64,000 bases of DNA from Nibricoccus sp. (GCA_047602425.1 JASGHG010000001.1:3552001-3616000), one strand, 5' to 3'; positions 1-14,500 are shown, numbered from the stretch's first letter. Notes: generated by a model from the letters alone, not told the origin. Numbers and translations are program-made.

Positions 1-413
1 ATCGCGCGCAGGTGGTCGTAGAATGCTTCGACCTGTTCGCGAGGGAGTTTGAACTGCTCGACGAGGACGCGGGTGTAGTCTTCGCGGGTGAACGTTGTCC
101 AGACGTCCATTTGGGGGTTCACGAAGCGGATGTCTTTAAGTTGGACGATCGCGTCGGCGATTTCCTTGGTCCAATATTTGCGGCACGATTTGATCATGCC
201 GCTGGGGAAACCGTGGAGGGAAATGTCGAAGATGTGTCCGCCCTTGCGCGTGAACCACGTGGCGAGACCGCCGTACTGCCAGTGGTGTTCGAGTAGAAGC
301 ACGCGATGGCCGGCCTTGGCGAGGACGTTGGCGCCGGTAAGGCCGCCCAAGCCACTGCCAATGACGATCACGTCGTACTCATCTGCGACACCTTTGAGCC
401 AGTCGTAAGCCAT
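1..413 (-). CDS. NAD(P)/FAD-dependent oxidoreductase, phytoene dehydrogenase-like (5' part; continues past the left edge)
   Basis: Read manually from ATG at 413: [44 protein letters not shown]...GGLATWF...[11 protein letters not shown]; Rossmann GxGxxG FAD motif. Absent from the ORF track because it is truncated. Confidence 0.85.
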   Translation of the reverse strand, partial: MAYDWLKGVADEYDVIVIGSGLGGLTGANVLAKAGHRVLLLEHHWQYGGLATWFTRKGGHIFDISLHGFPSGMIKSCRKYWTKEIADAIVQLKDIRFVNPQMDVWTTFTREDYTRVLVEQFKLPREQVEAFYDHLRA

Positions 414-485
414 GGAAAAAGTTCAGAGTGAGTTGGCCTTGGCGGAAATCGCAACCGGGAAAAAGGGGAATGCGCCTATGCTTGA

Positions 486-1079
486 CTAGGTCGTCTTGAA
501 TCGAGGGTCCGGAGGTAACACATGGGCGCCCAAAACCGGGAAAAATGCCCGAAAGTCGGCCTCAAACGCGTCATAGTTTTGTTCGAGGGTTTTTACGGCT
601 TGGGCCAAGTTGATCGGACGTTGGAGCCGTTTCGAAATTCGGGTGAGTGCGGTCGTCATGCCTTCAAGCGAATCGTAGGAGCAGATCCAATCTCCCTCGC
701 GAATTTGAGACAATCGGTCGTAGAGCGGACCGGAAAGAATGTCGCGGAAGTCGTCAATCGACGCGTAGAATCCCGCCACGAAAGCGCGGAGCTCGGAGTC
801 GGAGTAAAACCGCCAATTGCGCGCCAAAAAGTGATCGTAAAATAGATCGACAATAATCGGTCCGTAACGGCGCAGCGATGGGTCGATCCGTGAAACGCTT
901 TGGCGAACGACCGGGTGGCTGTCGGTAAACGCGTCGATACGTTTGTGTTGGGCGATGCCGCGTTGAAAATCATGGGGCAACGTCGCCAGCACTGACGGAG
1001 GCGCGATATCAGGAAGGAGATTGCCAATGCGGAATGCCGAATTCGGCTCGGAAAGACGGAGATGGGCCAACCAATTCAT
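486..1079 (-). CDS. acpH: ACP phosphodiesterase (AcpH/DUF479 family)
   Basis: MNWLAHL start, HxxIDxFTDxHP and D(L)FYDHFLA motifs; start trimmed to MNW. Confidence 0.85.
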   Translation of the reverse strand: MNWLAHLRLSEPNSAFRIGNLLPDIAPPSVLATLPHDFQRGIAQHKRIDAFTDSHPVVRQSVSRIDPSLRRYGPIIVDLFYDHFLARNWRFYSDSELRAFVAGFYASIDDFRDILSGPLYDRLSQIREGDWICSYDSLEGMTTALTRISKRLQRPINLAQAVKTLEQNYDAFEADFRAFFPVLGAHVLPPDPRFKTT

Positions 1080-1130
1080 GCTGCGAGTTGCGGGTTGGCG
1101 ATGCAAAGCGTCATCTTGGCGAGCGTCTTT

Positions 1131-2567
1131 CTAAAGCAAAGGAGCGAGCAAACGACAGATATCTTCGAGAACGTGGCCGACGATGCGGAATTTTCGGGCG
1201 CGTTCTTTTTTTGGTTCTTTGCAGTGTTTCAGGAGATCGAGCGCCCAGGCTTTCATGGCAATCACGTCTTTGGGGGAGTAAAGAAGGACGCCGATCTCGA
1301 AGTTCACGAAAAGACTGCGGAGGTCGAAGTTGGCCGAGCCGAGCATGGCCATGCGGTCGTCGACGATGATGCCCTTGCTGTGCATCATGCCTGGGCCGAA
1401 TTGCATCACGGTGGCGCCGGCCTTGCGGAGTTCGCGGACGTAGTGGCGGCGTGCGTAGTCGGTAACGGGATGGTTGGAGCGGGCGGGAACGATGAGCATG
1501 ACCTCGATGCCGGCGCGGGCCTTAACCATCAACGACCGGAAAAGCACTTCGTCGGGAATGAAATAGGGCGTAATGATCCAAATGCTGGAGTGGGCCTCCT
1601 GAATCATTGAAATAATGCCCTCGTAAAGGGGATCGCCCGTGACGTCGGGACCGCTGACGACGACTTGGAGCGAACTTGATCCTTCGGTTTTGCGGGCGTC
1701 AGGAAGGTTTTCCTGATGGAGCCTATCGAGCGATTGATGCGTGGCAAAGGCCCAGTCGGCGAGAAAAACTTCGTTGAGCAACGCCGCGCCGGGGTCGCGG
1801 ATCAGCGCACTGAAATCGCGCCAGCGTTTGCGCCACGGGACGTGTCCCATGTATTCGCGGGCGAGGTTGTGACCGCCGACGATGGCGGTGTGCTGGTCGA
1901 AGACAGCGATTTTGCGGTGATTGCGGAGATTGGCTGTGCTGCGGAAGGAGAGATGGATGACGGGCAGAAAACGTGCGACTTCGCCGCCGGCCTCGCGGAG
2001 CGGTTGGACGAAGCGGCCGCTGGTGAAAACGCATCCGACGGCGTCGAGGAGCAGCCGAACCTTTATTCCCTCGCGAGCCCGAGCGGCGAGCAGGCGAACC
2101 AGTTTTTTCCCCGTTTCGTCGTGGCCGAGAATAAACGTCGTGATGTGGATGGAATGCTTGGCATTGCGAATCTGATCGGTGAGAGCGGCGAACATGTCTT
2201 CGCCCGTGGTGAGGAGTTGCACCTCGTTGCCGACGGTCGGAGGGCAGGCGCCACTGGCGTTGATCGTTTGGACGGTCGGCAGGAGTTGTCCGGTGAGGTC
2301 GAACGGCGGCTGGCTGCCGTCGAGGGTTGGCGCGATGCGAGTTTTGCGCGCAATGAGGCGTTTGAGCTTTCGGCCGCCGAAAATCATGTAGAGCGGCACG
2401 CCGACGTAAGGGATCAGAATGATGCCAAGAAGCCAGGCGAACGTGTTGCTCGGCTGGCGCTTTTCCGCGAGCAGACGGGCGACCAAAAAGAAGGCCAGCA
2501 AGAAGCCCCCGACCGTAAAAAGATGGGGTAGGACTGGATGATCTATGAGGTTGCGTAAGAGATCCAT
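1131..2567 (-). CDS. cls: Cardiolipin synthase (phospholipase D family)
   Basis: Two HKD motifs (RNHRKIAVFD, MHSKGIIVD...GSANFD), two N-terminal TM helices; start at MDLLRN assumed. Confidence 0.9.
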   Translation of the reverse strand: MDLLRNLIDHPVLPHLFTVGGFLLAFFLVARLLAEKRQPSNTFAWLLGIILIPYVGVPLYMIFGGRKLKRLIARKTRIAPTLDGSQPPFDLTGQLLPTVQTINASGACPPTVGNEVQLLTTGEDMFAALTDQIRNAKHSIHITTFILGHDETGKKLVRLLAARAREGIKVRLLLDAVGCVFTSGRFVQPLREAGGEVARFLPVIHLSFRSTANLRNHRKIAVFDQHTAIVGGHNLAREYMGHVPWRKRWRDFSALIRDPGAALLNEVFLADWAFATHQSLDRLHQENLPDARKTEGSSSLQVVVSGPDVTGDPLYEGIISMIQEAHSSIWIITPYFIPDEVLFRSLMVKARAGIEVMLIVPARSNHPVTDYARRHYVRELRKAGATVMQFGPGMMHSKGIIVDDRMAMLGSANFDLRSLFVNFEIGVLLYSPKDVIAMKAWALDLLKHCKEPKKERARKFRIVGHVLEDICRLLAPLL

Positions 2568-2677
2568 GCCGTGGGTGCGATGGTGGGCTATGGAAGGTGG
2601 TTTTGGCAAGCCACGCAGAAAGTTGAAAAAAGCCTTGAACTCCATGCCGCGAGTCGCGAATTTGCGCGCTCCTTTTT

Positions 2678-2744
<67 letters not shown>

Positions 2745-2763
<19 letters not shown>

Positions 2764-3022
2764 CTTCCGCCAAGCGGAAGGGACAAGGGCTAAGTAACAA
2801 GTGCCAAGGGCGGAGGCGCGTTGCGGAGATGGATGAGAACCTTGGTTCGACGGAGCGAAGCGGAGAAGGAGCGCGCGATAGCGCGAGTGCGGAGCACCTG
2901 GCCAAAGGCCAGTCAATCCATCTCCTACCACCACTTCCGCCAAGCGGAAGGGGCAAGGGCCAAGTAACAAGTGCCAAGGGCAGAGGCGCATTGCGGAGAG
3001 GGATGAGAACCTTGGTTTGACG
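2745..3022 (+). repeat. tRNA-linked direct repeat, two 108-bp copies (2745-2852, 2915-3022), period 170 bp
   Basis: Copies differ at 6 of 108 positions by manual alignment; both begin with the last 19 nt of tRNA-Tyr. Confidence 0.93.
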
Positions 3023-3117
3023 TGAAAGTCGACCAAAGGCCCACTTTGGGGACATGCAAAGTTGCTGACTGACGGAAGAGACTGGTGCAGGTCCTTGGGA
3101 TGTGCGAAAGAGGAACG

Positions 3118-3927
3118 ATGTTTCGGTCGCTGCACAGCCATTTTCTCAGGCTTACGCTATTCATTTTGTTCACGTGCGGTGTCTCACCAGCGGCGGACAA
3201 GCTGTCGTCTATCTCGGCAAAGCCGACTTCACCGGATGATCGTTTTGCGATCGGTGAATGTATCGTCAGCGACGATTTTGACCAAGGCTCGGACGCGTGG
3301 AAAGCGGAGTTGGAAAAAGGCGGGGTTGTGGAGGTGCGTAATGGCGCCCTGGAAATTGATGTACCGGGTGGTTGCACAGTTTGGCTGAAAACGCAGCTCA
3401 GCGGCCCGGTGCTGATCTCGTACGAAGCCACTGTCGTTTCGGCGGGTGGGGCCAACGATCGGGTGAGCGATTTGAATTGTTTCTGGATGGCGCGTGATGC
3501 GCGGAATCTGGACCACATTTTTGGGCAGGCGCGCAGTGGAAAATTTTCCGATTACGACCAACTGCGATGTTATTACGTGGGGCAGGGCGGCAACTCGAAC
3601 AAAACGACGCGGTTTCGCCGTTACATTGGTGAGCAGAAAAATCGACCGCTTCTTCCTGAGCACGATTTGTCCGCGAAGGAATTTCTCCTCACGCCCAACG
3701 TGTCGCAAACAATCCAGCTCGTCGCGGCGGGCGGAGTCATTGGCTACTATCGCGACGGGCGTCGGATTTTTGCTTACGACGATCCGCAGCCTTACACCAG
3801 CGGCTGGTTTGCCTTTCGCACGGTGACCAATCACCTGCGGTTAAAAAACTTTCGAGTTCATCGACTGACGATTCGCGAAGGTGCCAAGCTTTCAGCGCCA
3901 ACGGCGAACCCGTCGGCAGAGAATTGA
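3118..3927 (+). CDS. Secreted DUF6250-like beta-sandwich protein
   Basis: GAGGA RBS before ATG 3118, signal-peptide-like N-terminus, motifs DRVSDLNCFWMA and YYVGQGGNSNKTTRFRRY. Confidence 0.7.
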   Translation: MFRSLHSHFLRLTLFILFTCGVSPAADKLSSISAKPTSPDDRFAIGECIVSDDFDQGSDAWKAELEKGGVVEVRNGALEIDVPGGCTVWLKTQLSGPVLISYEATVVSAGGANDRVSDLNCFWMARDARNLDHIFGQARSGKFSDYDQLRCYYVGQGGNSNKTTRFRRYIGEQKNRPLLPEHDLSAKEFLLTPNVSQTIQLVAAGGVIGYYRDGRRIFAYDDPQPYTSGWFAFRTVTNHLRLKNFRVHRLTIREGAKLSAPTANPSAEN

Positions 3928-4050
3928 ACCTGAGTTTAAATAACAGCTGGCCTGTGGGAGCATTTTCCCAAAAGTGACGCCGCCGGTTCGCTTCGTCGGG
4001 CTTTGAGACGCTTCAGGACGTGGCAGCCCCCTTTCTTTTTCCCAGCTTTC

Positions 4051-4767
4051 ATGAAACCCCTTACGAAATTGCTTCTTCGTGAACTCGGTCGGCGGGTCAG
4101 AGCTTGTTTTTGGCTCAAGACCTTTGGTATTCCCGCGTTCATGGCGTTGTTTTTTCTCGGGTATTTTCTGATTTTGAACAACCCCTTCGTCGCGGTTACG
4201 GTGATGCCGTTGACGGTGGTGGATCGATTTTTTTCCTATCAAAACAGCGCGTGGATCCTCTACGTGTCACTTTGGATCTATGTGCAGATTCCCCCCACGT
4301 TCATCGATAACAAGCGGGAGCTTTTTACCTATGGCGGAACGGCTGCGCTCACGAGCCTGGTGGGTTTTGTGATTTTCTTTTTCTGGCCCACGGCGATTCC
4401 GTCCGTGGCGGTCGAGGACACGCTGTCGTCGCTGTCGCGCATCCGCAGTCTGGATACAACAGGCAACTCCTGCCCCTCGCTGCACGTGGCGTTTTCTGTT
4501 TTCACGGCCGTGTGGCTGGAGGTTTTCCTGCGTCGGTTGCGCGGCGTGGCATTGGCTCGCTGGGTGAATATCATTTGGTGCCTCGGCATCGTCTACTCGA
4601 CCATTGGCACGAAACAGCACGTGTTCATCGACACGATCCCGGGCGCGATTTTGGGGCTGGCGGGTGGTTTGTTACAGGCGAAGCTCGTGCGGATTCCTGC
4701 TCAACCGGCGAACGAACAACTCACGCCCGAATTTTCTCAGATCAATCCTGCCGCGCGGAAGCTGTAA
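4051..4767 (+). CDS. PAP2-family membrane phosphatase / phosphotransferase
   Basis: Multi-TM; NSCPSLHVA and STIGTKQHVFID motifs. Confidence 0.8.
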   Translation: MKPLTKLLLRELGRRVRACFWLKTFGIPAFMALFFLGYFLILNNPFVAVTVMPLTVVDRFFSYQNSAWILYVSLWIYVQIPPTFIDNKRELFTYGGTAALTSLVGFVIFFFWPTAIPSVAVEDTLSSLSRIRSLDTTGNSCPSLHVAFSVFTAVWLEVFLRRLRGVALARWVNIIWCLGIVYSTIGTKQHVFIDTIPGAILGLAGGLLQAKLVRIPAQPANEQLTPEFSQINPAARKL

Positions 4768-5468
4768 TGGCCGACGCCCACGGGATCGCGGGTGGGGTGA
4801 CCGAGGATCACGTGGTCGAGCAGGTCGATGCACACAGTTTTGGCGGCCTCACGGAGTTGGCGCGTAGCGGTGAGATCGGCGGCGCTCGGAGCGGGATCGC
4901 CTGACGGGTGGTTGTGGACGCAGATGACGGCGAGCGCGCCTTCGCGGATGGCCTCGCGGAAAACTTCGCGTGGATGGACGAGGGAATTTGACGCTGTTCC
5001 GGAAGTGACCTCGACGCGTTTGAGCAAACGGTTTTTGCGATTGAGGCAGAGAACCCAAAATTTTTCGACCTGAAGTCCCGTGGCGATCGGAGCGAAATAA
5101 GCGGCGACGAGGTCGGCACTTTCCAGGAGCGGCGCGTCTCCTGCCTGCTGGCCGAGCACGCGGCGGGCGATTTCCATGACGGTGACAAGTTGCAACGCCT
5201 TCACGCGGCCGATGCCTTTAAGTCGGCGAAAGTCCTTTTGAGTCCACGAAATCAAGCCGGCGAGCGAACCTGCCTCGGCGATGAGGCGGGTGGCGAGCGT
5301 CAGTACGTCCTGGCCCTGCGTGCCGCTGCGCAGGAGCATGGCGAGTAGTTCGGTATCGCTGAGCGCGGCCGCGCCGTGCTTTTCGAGTCGTTCCTGCGGG
5401 CGCTCGCCCACGGCCAGTTCCTTCAAGCGGTTTCCCTCCCGATAAACGGGTGATGCGGCCTCGTTCAT
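4737..5468 (-). CDS. radC: RadC family JAB-domain protein
   Basis: ERPQERL...LSDTELLAMLL, HhH GIGRVKA, VHPREVF, HNHPSGDPAPSAAD, LLDHVIL. Confidence 0.93.
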   Translation of the reverse strand: MNEAASPVYREGNRLKELAVGERPQERLEKHGAAALSDTELLAMLLRSGTQGQDVLTLATRLIAEAGSLAGLISWTQKDFRRLKGIGRVKALQLVTVMEIARRVLGQQAGDAPLLESADLVAAYFAPIATGLQVEKFWVLCLNRKNRLLKRVEVTSGTASNSLVHPREVFREAIREGALAVICVHNHPSGDPAPSAADLTATRQLREAAKTVCIDLLDHVILGHPTRDPVGVGHYSFRAAGLI

Positions 5469-5527
5469 GTTTTCGTTTTTAAAACCGGAAACAGGCGGAA
5501 GGCGAACCAAATTACAGCGACCAAGGA

Positions 5528-5598
5528 TCTTTCTCTTTATCTTACTCTTTCTCGTTATCCCTGGTTTGTGGGGAGAAAGATAAAGATTAAGAGAAAGA
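5528..5598. repeat. Pyrimidine/purine inverted repeat built from ~6-nt units
   Basis: 26-bp arms 5528-5553 and 5573-5598, 23/26 complementary. Confidence 0.75.
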
Positions 5599-5617
5599 GG
5601 AAAGAGCGGAAACGGGC

Positions 5618-6648
5618 TCAGTAGTGTTTCACGTAACCATTGCGGCGAAGGCGTTCAAGCCACCTGTCTTGGCTGACGCGGGCCATCTGTTGGACGAGGA
5701 TGCGTTCGATTTCGTCGCGGACTTCGTCAATCGATTGCACGCCGGCGAAGCGACGGTCTTCGACATAGAGCAAAAAGGCGCCTTCGGGCATGACGATTGG
5801 TTTGGTAACTTCGCCCTTGGCGAGTTGGAAAAGCGGGTCGCTCAGCTCGGGTTTGAGGTCTGAGCGCTTCTGCCAGCCCCAGTCACCACCTTTGGAGCGG
5901 CGGGTGTCCTGGCTGACTTCCTTGGCGATGTCCTCGAATTTTTCGCCGGCCTTCATGCGATTGAGCACGGTATTGGCTTTGTCGGTGAGGGCTTGATCGG
6001 TTTCGCCTTCCTCGCGGCGGAACTGGATGAGGCGAAGGTGCACGCCGTCTTCGCGGAAAAATTTGTCCTGGTTTTCCTTGTAGTAGGTTTCGACCTTCAC
6101 GGGGCTGACGATGCTCTGGCTTTTGCGCTGCTGCTGGCGCATGTAGCCGTAGATCATGTCTTCTTCGACTTCCTTGCGGTAGTCGCGCATGGTTTTGCCG
6201 CGGCTGCGGAGGTACCCGAGGAACTTGGAGCGGTCGTTGTCGAACTGGGTGATGAGGATTTCGGAAATCTGGTTGTCGATGTAGCTGGCGGGAATCTGTT
6301 TCTTGGGTTCGCCGTCTTTTTCCTTGAAGAACTCCTTCACGATGAGGACGCGGTCGATGAGGTTTTGCACGACGTCTTCCTGGAGAGACTCGAGGCGCTC
6401 GTTGAATTCCTTTTCGTTTTTGGAAGTGCGTTGGATTTCCGGGACGAGCGGGGCGATTTCGCGGCGGATGTCGTCGACGGTGATGATTTTGTCCTCAGCG
6501 ACGGCGGCGATGCCATTGGCGAAGCGCAGGTCGAGCTTGTCGGACGGCGGAGCGGGAAGTTGCGCGCGGGCGGAAATCAGGAGAGTGCAGGCGATGCTGG
6601 TGTGGGCCAACAGGGTAACAGCGCGGGGAAACAGGCGGAAGCCGGACA

Positions 6649-6652
<4 letters not shown>
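5618..6652 (-). CDS. surA: SurA-like peptidyl-prolyl isomerase/chaperone
   Basis: Signal peptide, GIAAVAEDKIIT SurA N-domain, parvulin motif FEDIAKEVSQD...KGGDWGW; downstream of mfd. Confidence 0.75.
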
Positions 6653-10131
<3,479 letters not shown>

Positions 10132-10220
10132 GGAAACGGTCTAACAAACAGGGAACGGACGGGGGCGCAATCTATGAACGGGATGCGCAGTTGCGCCAAT
10201 CTGTAGCGCTTGCTCGCGCC

Positions 10221-10931
10221 TTACAGCGCAGAGCTGGACAATTTCTCCAAGGCCAGGCGCGCGGCGGCTTCTTCGGCGGTTTTTTTGGATTTGCCACGAC
10301 CGATGCCCAAGGGTTGGTCGTTGAAGAAAATTTGGATCTCGAATTCCCGGGCGTGGTCTTCGCCGTGGATCGCGACGACTTCGTAGCGAATGGCGTGATT
10401 GCCGTGCATGGGTTGCACGAGTTCCTGCAGACGACCTTTCGGATTTTCGGTCGGCTGGGATGCGGCGAGCAGTTTTTCAAAAGAGCCATAGAGCGCGAGC
10501 AGCACGCGCCGCGCGGTGGCGTAGTCAGAATCCAAATACACCGCGCCGATTAGCGCTTCGAACGCGTCTTCGTGGGCGGCGGGGCGTTCGCGGCCGCCGG
10601 TTTGCTCTTCGCTGGCGCTCAGACGCAGGCAGGCGGGAAGTTCGAGCTGTTGGGCGAGCGTGGCGAGAAAAACTCCCTTGGTGAGCGTCGCGCGGCTTTT
10701 GCTCAAAGCGCCTTCGCGGTCGGTGGGGAATTGGTTATAGAGAGCCTCGGTCAACACGAGCTGGAGCACCGCATCGCCAAGGAATTCGAGACGTTGATTG
10801 CTTTCGGTTTCCCCGGGGTTGTCGTGCAAATACGAAGGATGGGTGATCGCGCGCACGAGATGGCGCGGATCGCGAAAAGTGTAAGCGAGCCGCTGCTGCA
10901 AAGCGAGGAGTGCGTCAGATTTTTCGGGCAC
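10221..10931 (-). CDS. rnc: Ribonuclease III
   Basis: NQRLEFLGDAVL signature, DAFEALIGAVYLD, dsRBD NPKGRLQE...SKKTAEEAAA; GTG start at 10931 assumed. Confidence 0.95.
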   Translation of the reverse strand: MPEKSDALLALQQRLAYTFRDPRHLVRAITHPSYLHDNPGETESNQRLEFLGDAVLQLVLTEALYNQFPTDREGALSKSRATLTKGVFLATLAQQLELPACLRLSASEEQTGGRERPAAHEDAFEALIGAVYLDSDYATARRVLLALYGSFEKLLAASQPTENPKGRLQELVQPMHGNHAIRYEVVAIHGEDHAREFEIQIFFNDQPLGIGRGKSKKTAEEAAARLALEKLSSSAL

Positions 10932-10949
10932 GGGCGGGAAAGATTTTTT

Positions 10950-10979
10950 AACCGCGAATAAACGCGAATGGACGCTAAT
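10950..10979. repeat. Single arm of a 10-nt-unit repeat element (AACCGCGAATAAACGCGAATGGACGCTAAT)
   Basis: Matches the arms of the element at 56005-56107. Confidence 0.7.
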
Positions 10980-11071
10980 AAACCGAAGGCAAATGTGGAG
11001 GGGAATCTTTCCAATTACCCGCGCAGTTGAGGTGGCTGCCGATACGATCCCCGCTGCACCTGTCACAGAAT

Positions 11072-11096
11072 GTTTGTCATCTAATAGACTACAAAC
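11072..11096. repeat. 25-bp palindrome GTTTGTCATCTAATAGACTACAAAC (intergenic copy)
   Basis: Same family as 47373-47397 and 47511-47535. Confidence 0.75.
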
Positions 11097-11182
11097 TGTT
11101 TGGTAGAGACAAAATAAATGAGACGCGAGGGTGGAGTTCAATCAGCAATGGCGCGACGCGCTCCCAGAGGACGCGGAGGCGT

Positions 11183-11968
<786 letters not shown>

Positions 11969-12037
11969 GGGTATTGTGGCTGCATTAACCGCGAGCGGAG
12001 CCGCGGAGTCTAGCGCGAACTTGCAGGTAGTTGCACG

Positions 12038-12985
12038 TTATTCTTCGAGGGCGCGCGTGGATTCCTCGGCGGTCAATTTGTGGGTTTTGACCCAAGCTTC
12101 GGCGGTGGATGGATCTTTTTCTATCCAGCTGCGCAGGCCGGTGACGAGAGCGAGCGATCGATCGTGACCTTCGGGAAATTTGTAGGCAGCCTCCGTGAGG
12201 CTCTGGGGATTGGTTTGGGCCCATCCGCCTATAACAGCGTGGAAAGCGGCGTTTTGACGGAGCGGATCTTCAAATGCGATGGCGGACTGCAGGGCTTTTT
12301 CGGGCTGCTGGCATCCCCATGGATGATAGATGGCGGTGAGCAGGTCGACGCGGTGGTCCGGATGAGCGGCAGCGGCAAAGTCAGCGGCTTGGGCGAAGTG
12401 ACCGACTTGGGCAAAACTGTAGACCAAATAACGGCCGAAGGACCACGCTTCCTCAGGATGTTCGGTCGAGAGGCGCCGCGCCAGACGGAGGGCAGCTTCA
12501 GGATTTTGCTGCGTGCCATTGAAAACGGCGGCGAAGGCATGGCCTTGTTCGATGGCATCTTGATGCGTCCACGCCCAATCAGCGGCTGCATCGGGAGCGC
12601 TGCGGGCCCAACCACGGAGGACGCTTTGGAGAAAAACGTCGCGTTGAGCATCGTCTTTTTCCGCCAGCGCGAGCGTGAGGGCGCGCGCTGGGTCGGTGGC
12701 AGCGAGAGTTTCGAGTGATTCGACCGAGACGGTGGAGGCGGTATCGGTGACGGCAGAGGGTGCTTGCACCGCCTCGATTGAAACGGCGGTTTTAGGTTGA
12801 TCGGTCAGTTCGGCGGAATGCTGCCGAGAAGACGTCAACGGAGCCGCGGTCTCGGCGCGATGTTTCTTTGTTGAAGAGCGGAGCAACCAGATTGTCGCGA
12901 TGGCCGAAATAACGATTACCGCCAATAGTTTTGCGGCAGAGGGAAATTTGCTGGGCTGGCTCGCTGAAGCGGGAGGCGCGGTCAT
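12038..12985 (-). CDS. Hypothetical membrane-anchored alpha-helical repeat protein
   Basis: N-terminal TM segment; recurring W-x3-(D/N)P-x2-A helical units (GWARSAPDAA, GWAQTNPQ, SWIEKDPSTA). Confidence 0.65.
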   Translation of the reverse strand: MTAPPASASQPSKFPSAAKLLAVIVISAIATIWLLRSSTKKHRAETAAPLTSSRQHSAELTDQPKTAVSIEAVQAPSAVTDTASTVSVESLETLAATDPARALTLALAEKDDAQRDVFLQSVLRGWARSAPDAAADWAWTHQDAIEQGHAFAAVFNGTQQNPEAALRLARRLSTEHPEEAWSFGRYLVYSFAQVGHFAQAADFAAAAHPDHRVDLLTAIYHPWGCQQPEKALQSAIAFEDPLRQNAAFHAVIGGWAQTNPQSLTEAAYKFPEGHDRSLALVTGLRSWIEKDPSTAEAWVKTHKLTAEESTRALEE

Positions 12986-13100
12986 TAAAAATAAAGGCGC
13001 AGCCCGGTTGGGGGTAGTCAACCGGACTGCGCGTCAGTTTTTTGCGGGTGTGTCGGCTGATGTGGGTGGTCTAGCATTACATCCCCGCTGAGGGTACTGA

Positions 13101-14090
13101 CTAGTGGGCGCCAGCTCCAGTGGAGGAGTTGGTGACCACACTTTTCACGCTGCTTGCCGTTGTCAGTGTGTAGCTATACGGCGGCGTGAAAACTGAGGAG
13201 GAATTAGGGGCCCAGGTTGGTTCGGTGGTGCTGACGTAATAGTTGCCGCTCCACTTGATCAGGCCGACGTTGGAGGAATCGCTGTAGTTTTTCCACGGCA
13301 TCGCCTGGGAATCGAAGTAACAATTTTGAACAAGGATCTGGGCTTTGTCGCCGACACCAATGTTGTAATTGCTGCCAGCCGAGCCGTAGTAGTTGTTGTA
13401 AACGTGAACCTTGCCAAAGCGGACGCGGGGCATGCGTTCTTTCACCAACGTACCGTACCAATTGTGATGCATCGTGATCCGGAGGTGGCCGGTATCCTCG
13501 GAGCTGTTGCTATCGCTATGTCCGATGAGGTTGGAGAAGTTGTGGCCGGTGTCCGAGGTGTATTGGAACTTGCACCACGAGACCGTGCCGTAATCGCAGG
13601 CATGCGTCTGATCGAGCGCGCCGTCGCCGCATTGGGTGAACGTGCACTTGGTGATGAAGTAGTTGGTGGTGAACTGAAGCGTGAGCCCATCGCCTTCAGC
13701 AACGTTATTGGGGTTGGTGAAGTTGAGGTTTTGGAGGATCAGGTTTTTTTGATTTTTGGCTCGAAGATTTCCGATGAAACCCGAATTGGCACCTACGCCG
13801 GTGATCGTCTTATTGGAGCCGATATCGACATTGGAGGAGCCGAGGTTGATCGTGCCGGAGACGTTGATGATCCTGGCGGTGGTGCCGGTTGCCGCGCTCT
13901 GGAAGGCGGCGAGGGTGCTGACGGTCACGGTGGAACCGCCAGCGCCTCCGGTGACGCCTCCGTTTTGTGAGGCCCAGCCATCGGCGGCGTGAAGGACAGG
14001 GGAGAGCAGAGCGACGAGGCTGGCGAGACAGAGGCCGGTGCGCAGGGCGCTGAAACGGCGACGGGGTGCGGGGGTAGTTACTGTATCCAT
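13101..14090 (-). CDS. Pectate lyase, polysaccharide lyase family 1
   Basis: Signal peptide, GGVTGGAGG, SNKTITG, DGALD, ITMHHNWY, ERMPRVRFGKVHVYNNYY. Confidence 0.92.
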   Translation of the reverse strand: MDTVTTPAPRRRFSALRTGLCLASLVALLSPVLHAADGWASQNGGVTGGAGGSTVTVSTLAAFQSAATGTTARIINVSGTINLGSSNVDIGSNKTITGVGANSGFIGNLRAKNQKNLILQNLNFTNPNNVAEGDGLTLQFTTNYFITKCTFTQCGDGALDQTHACDYGTVSWCKFQYTSDTGHNFSNLIGHSDSNSSEDTGHLRITMHHNWYGTLVKERMPRVRFGKVHVYNNYYGSAGSNYNIGVGDKAQILVQNCYFDSQAMPWKNYSDSSNVGLIKWSGNYYVSTTEPTWAPNSSSVFTPPYSYTLTTASSVKSVVTNSSTGAGAH

Positions 14091-14500
14091 GTTGTGGGGT
14101 ATCTATATGTTGGAACTCCTGCATTCGGGGTGAACGCAGGAAGGGAGTTCCGCTGGCACGGATTTAGAGATGGCAAATAGCTAGGAAAGCAGGACGCTTT
14201 GCGGCGGGAAGCACAGGTGATGAATCCTATGCGGGGGTGGGCCGCAGGCGTAGCAGCGTGGTGGGTGGGTGGGGTGTGGGCTAAACTAAAAACGAGGTAT
14301 TGGGCCTTCGATGTTGACCAAGGCAAGCGGAATTTCATCCGCTCTGTTTACCTGTTTGTTGTTTGCGGTTACCACGAGATCGGTTGGATTTTCGCTCGAC
14401 AAACGCCGAAACATACCGAGTTCAAAGCCCGAGTCTGTCCCATCAGCACCCAAAATCTTCCGAGCACAGCTCGATGAAAATGGGAAGAACGCGGAAATAG

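Noticed and set aside
4737..5468. radC as a marker of a mobile element
   Set aside because: Full-length chromosomal type with the N-terminal HhH region, in a housekeeping context.
5625..5639. parS-like TGTTTCACGTAACCA
   Set aside because: Only half matches the TGTTTCACGTGAAACA palindrome and it lies in the last codons of surA.
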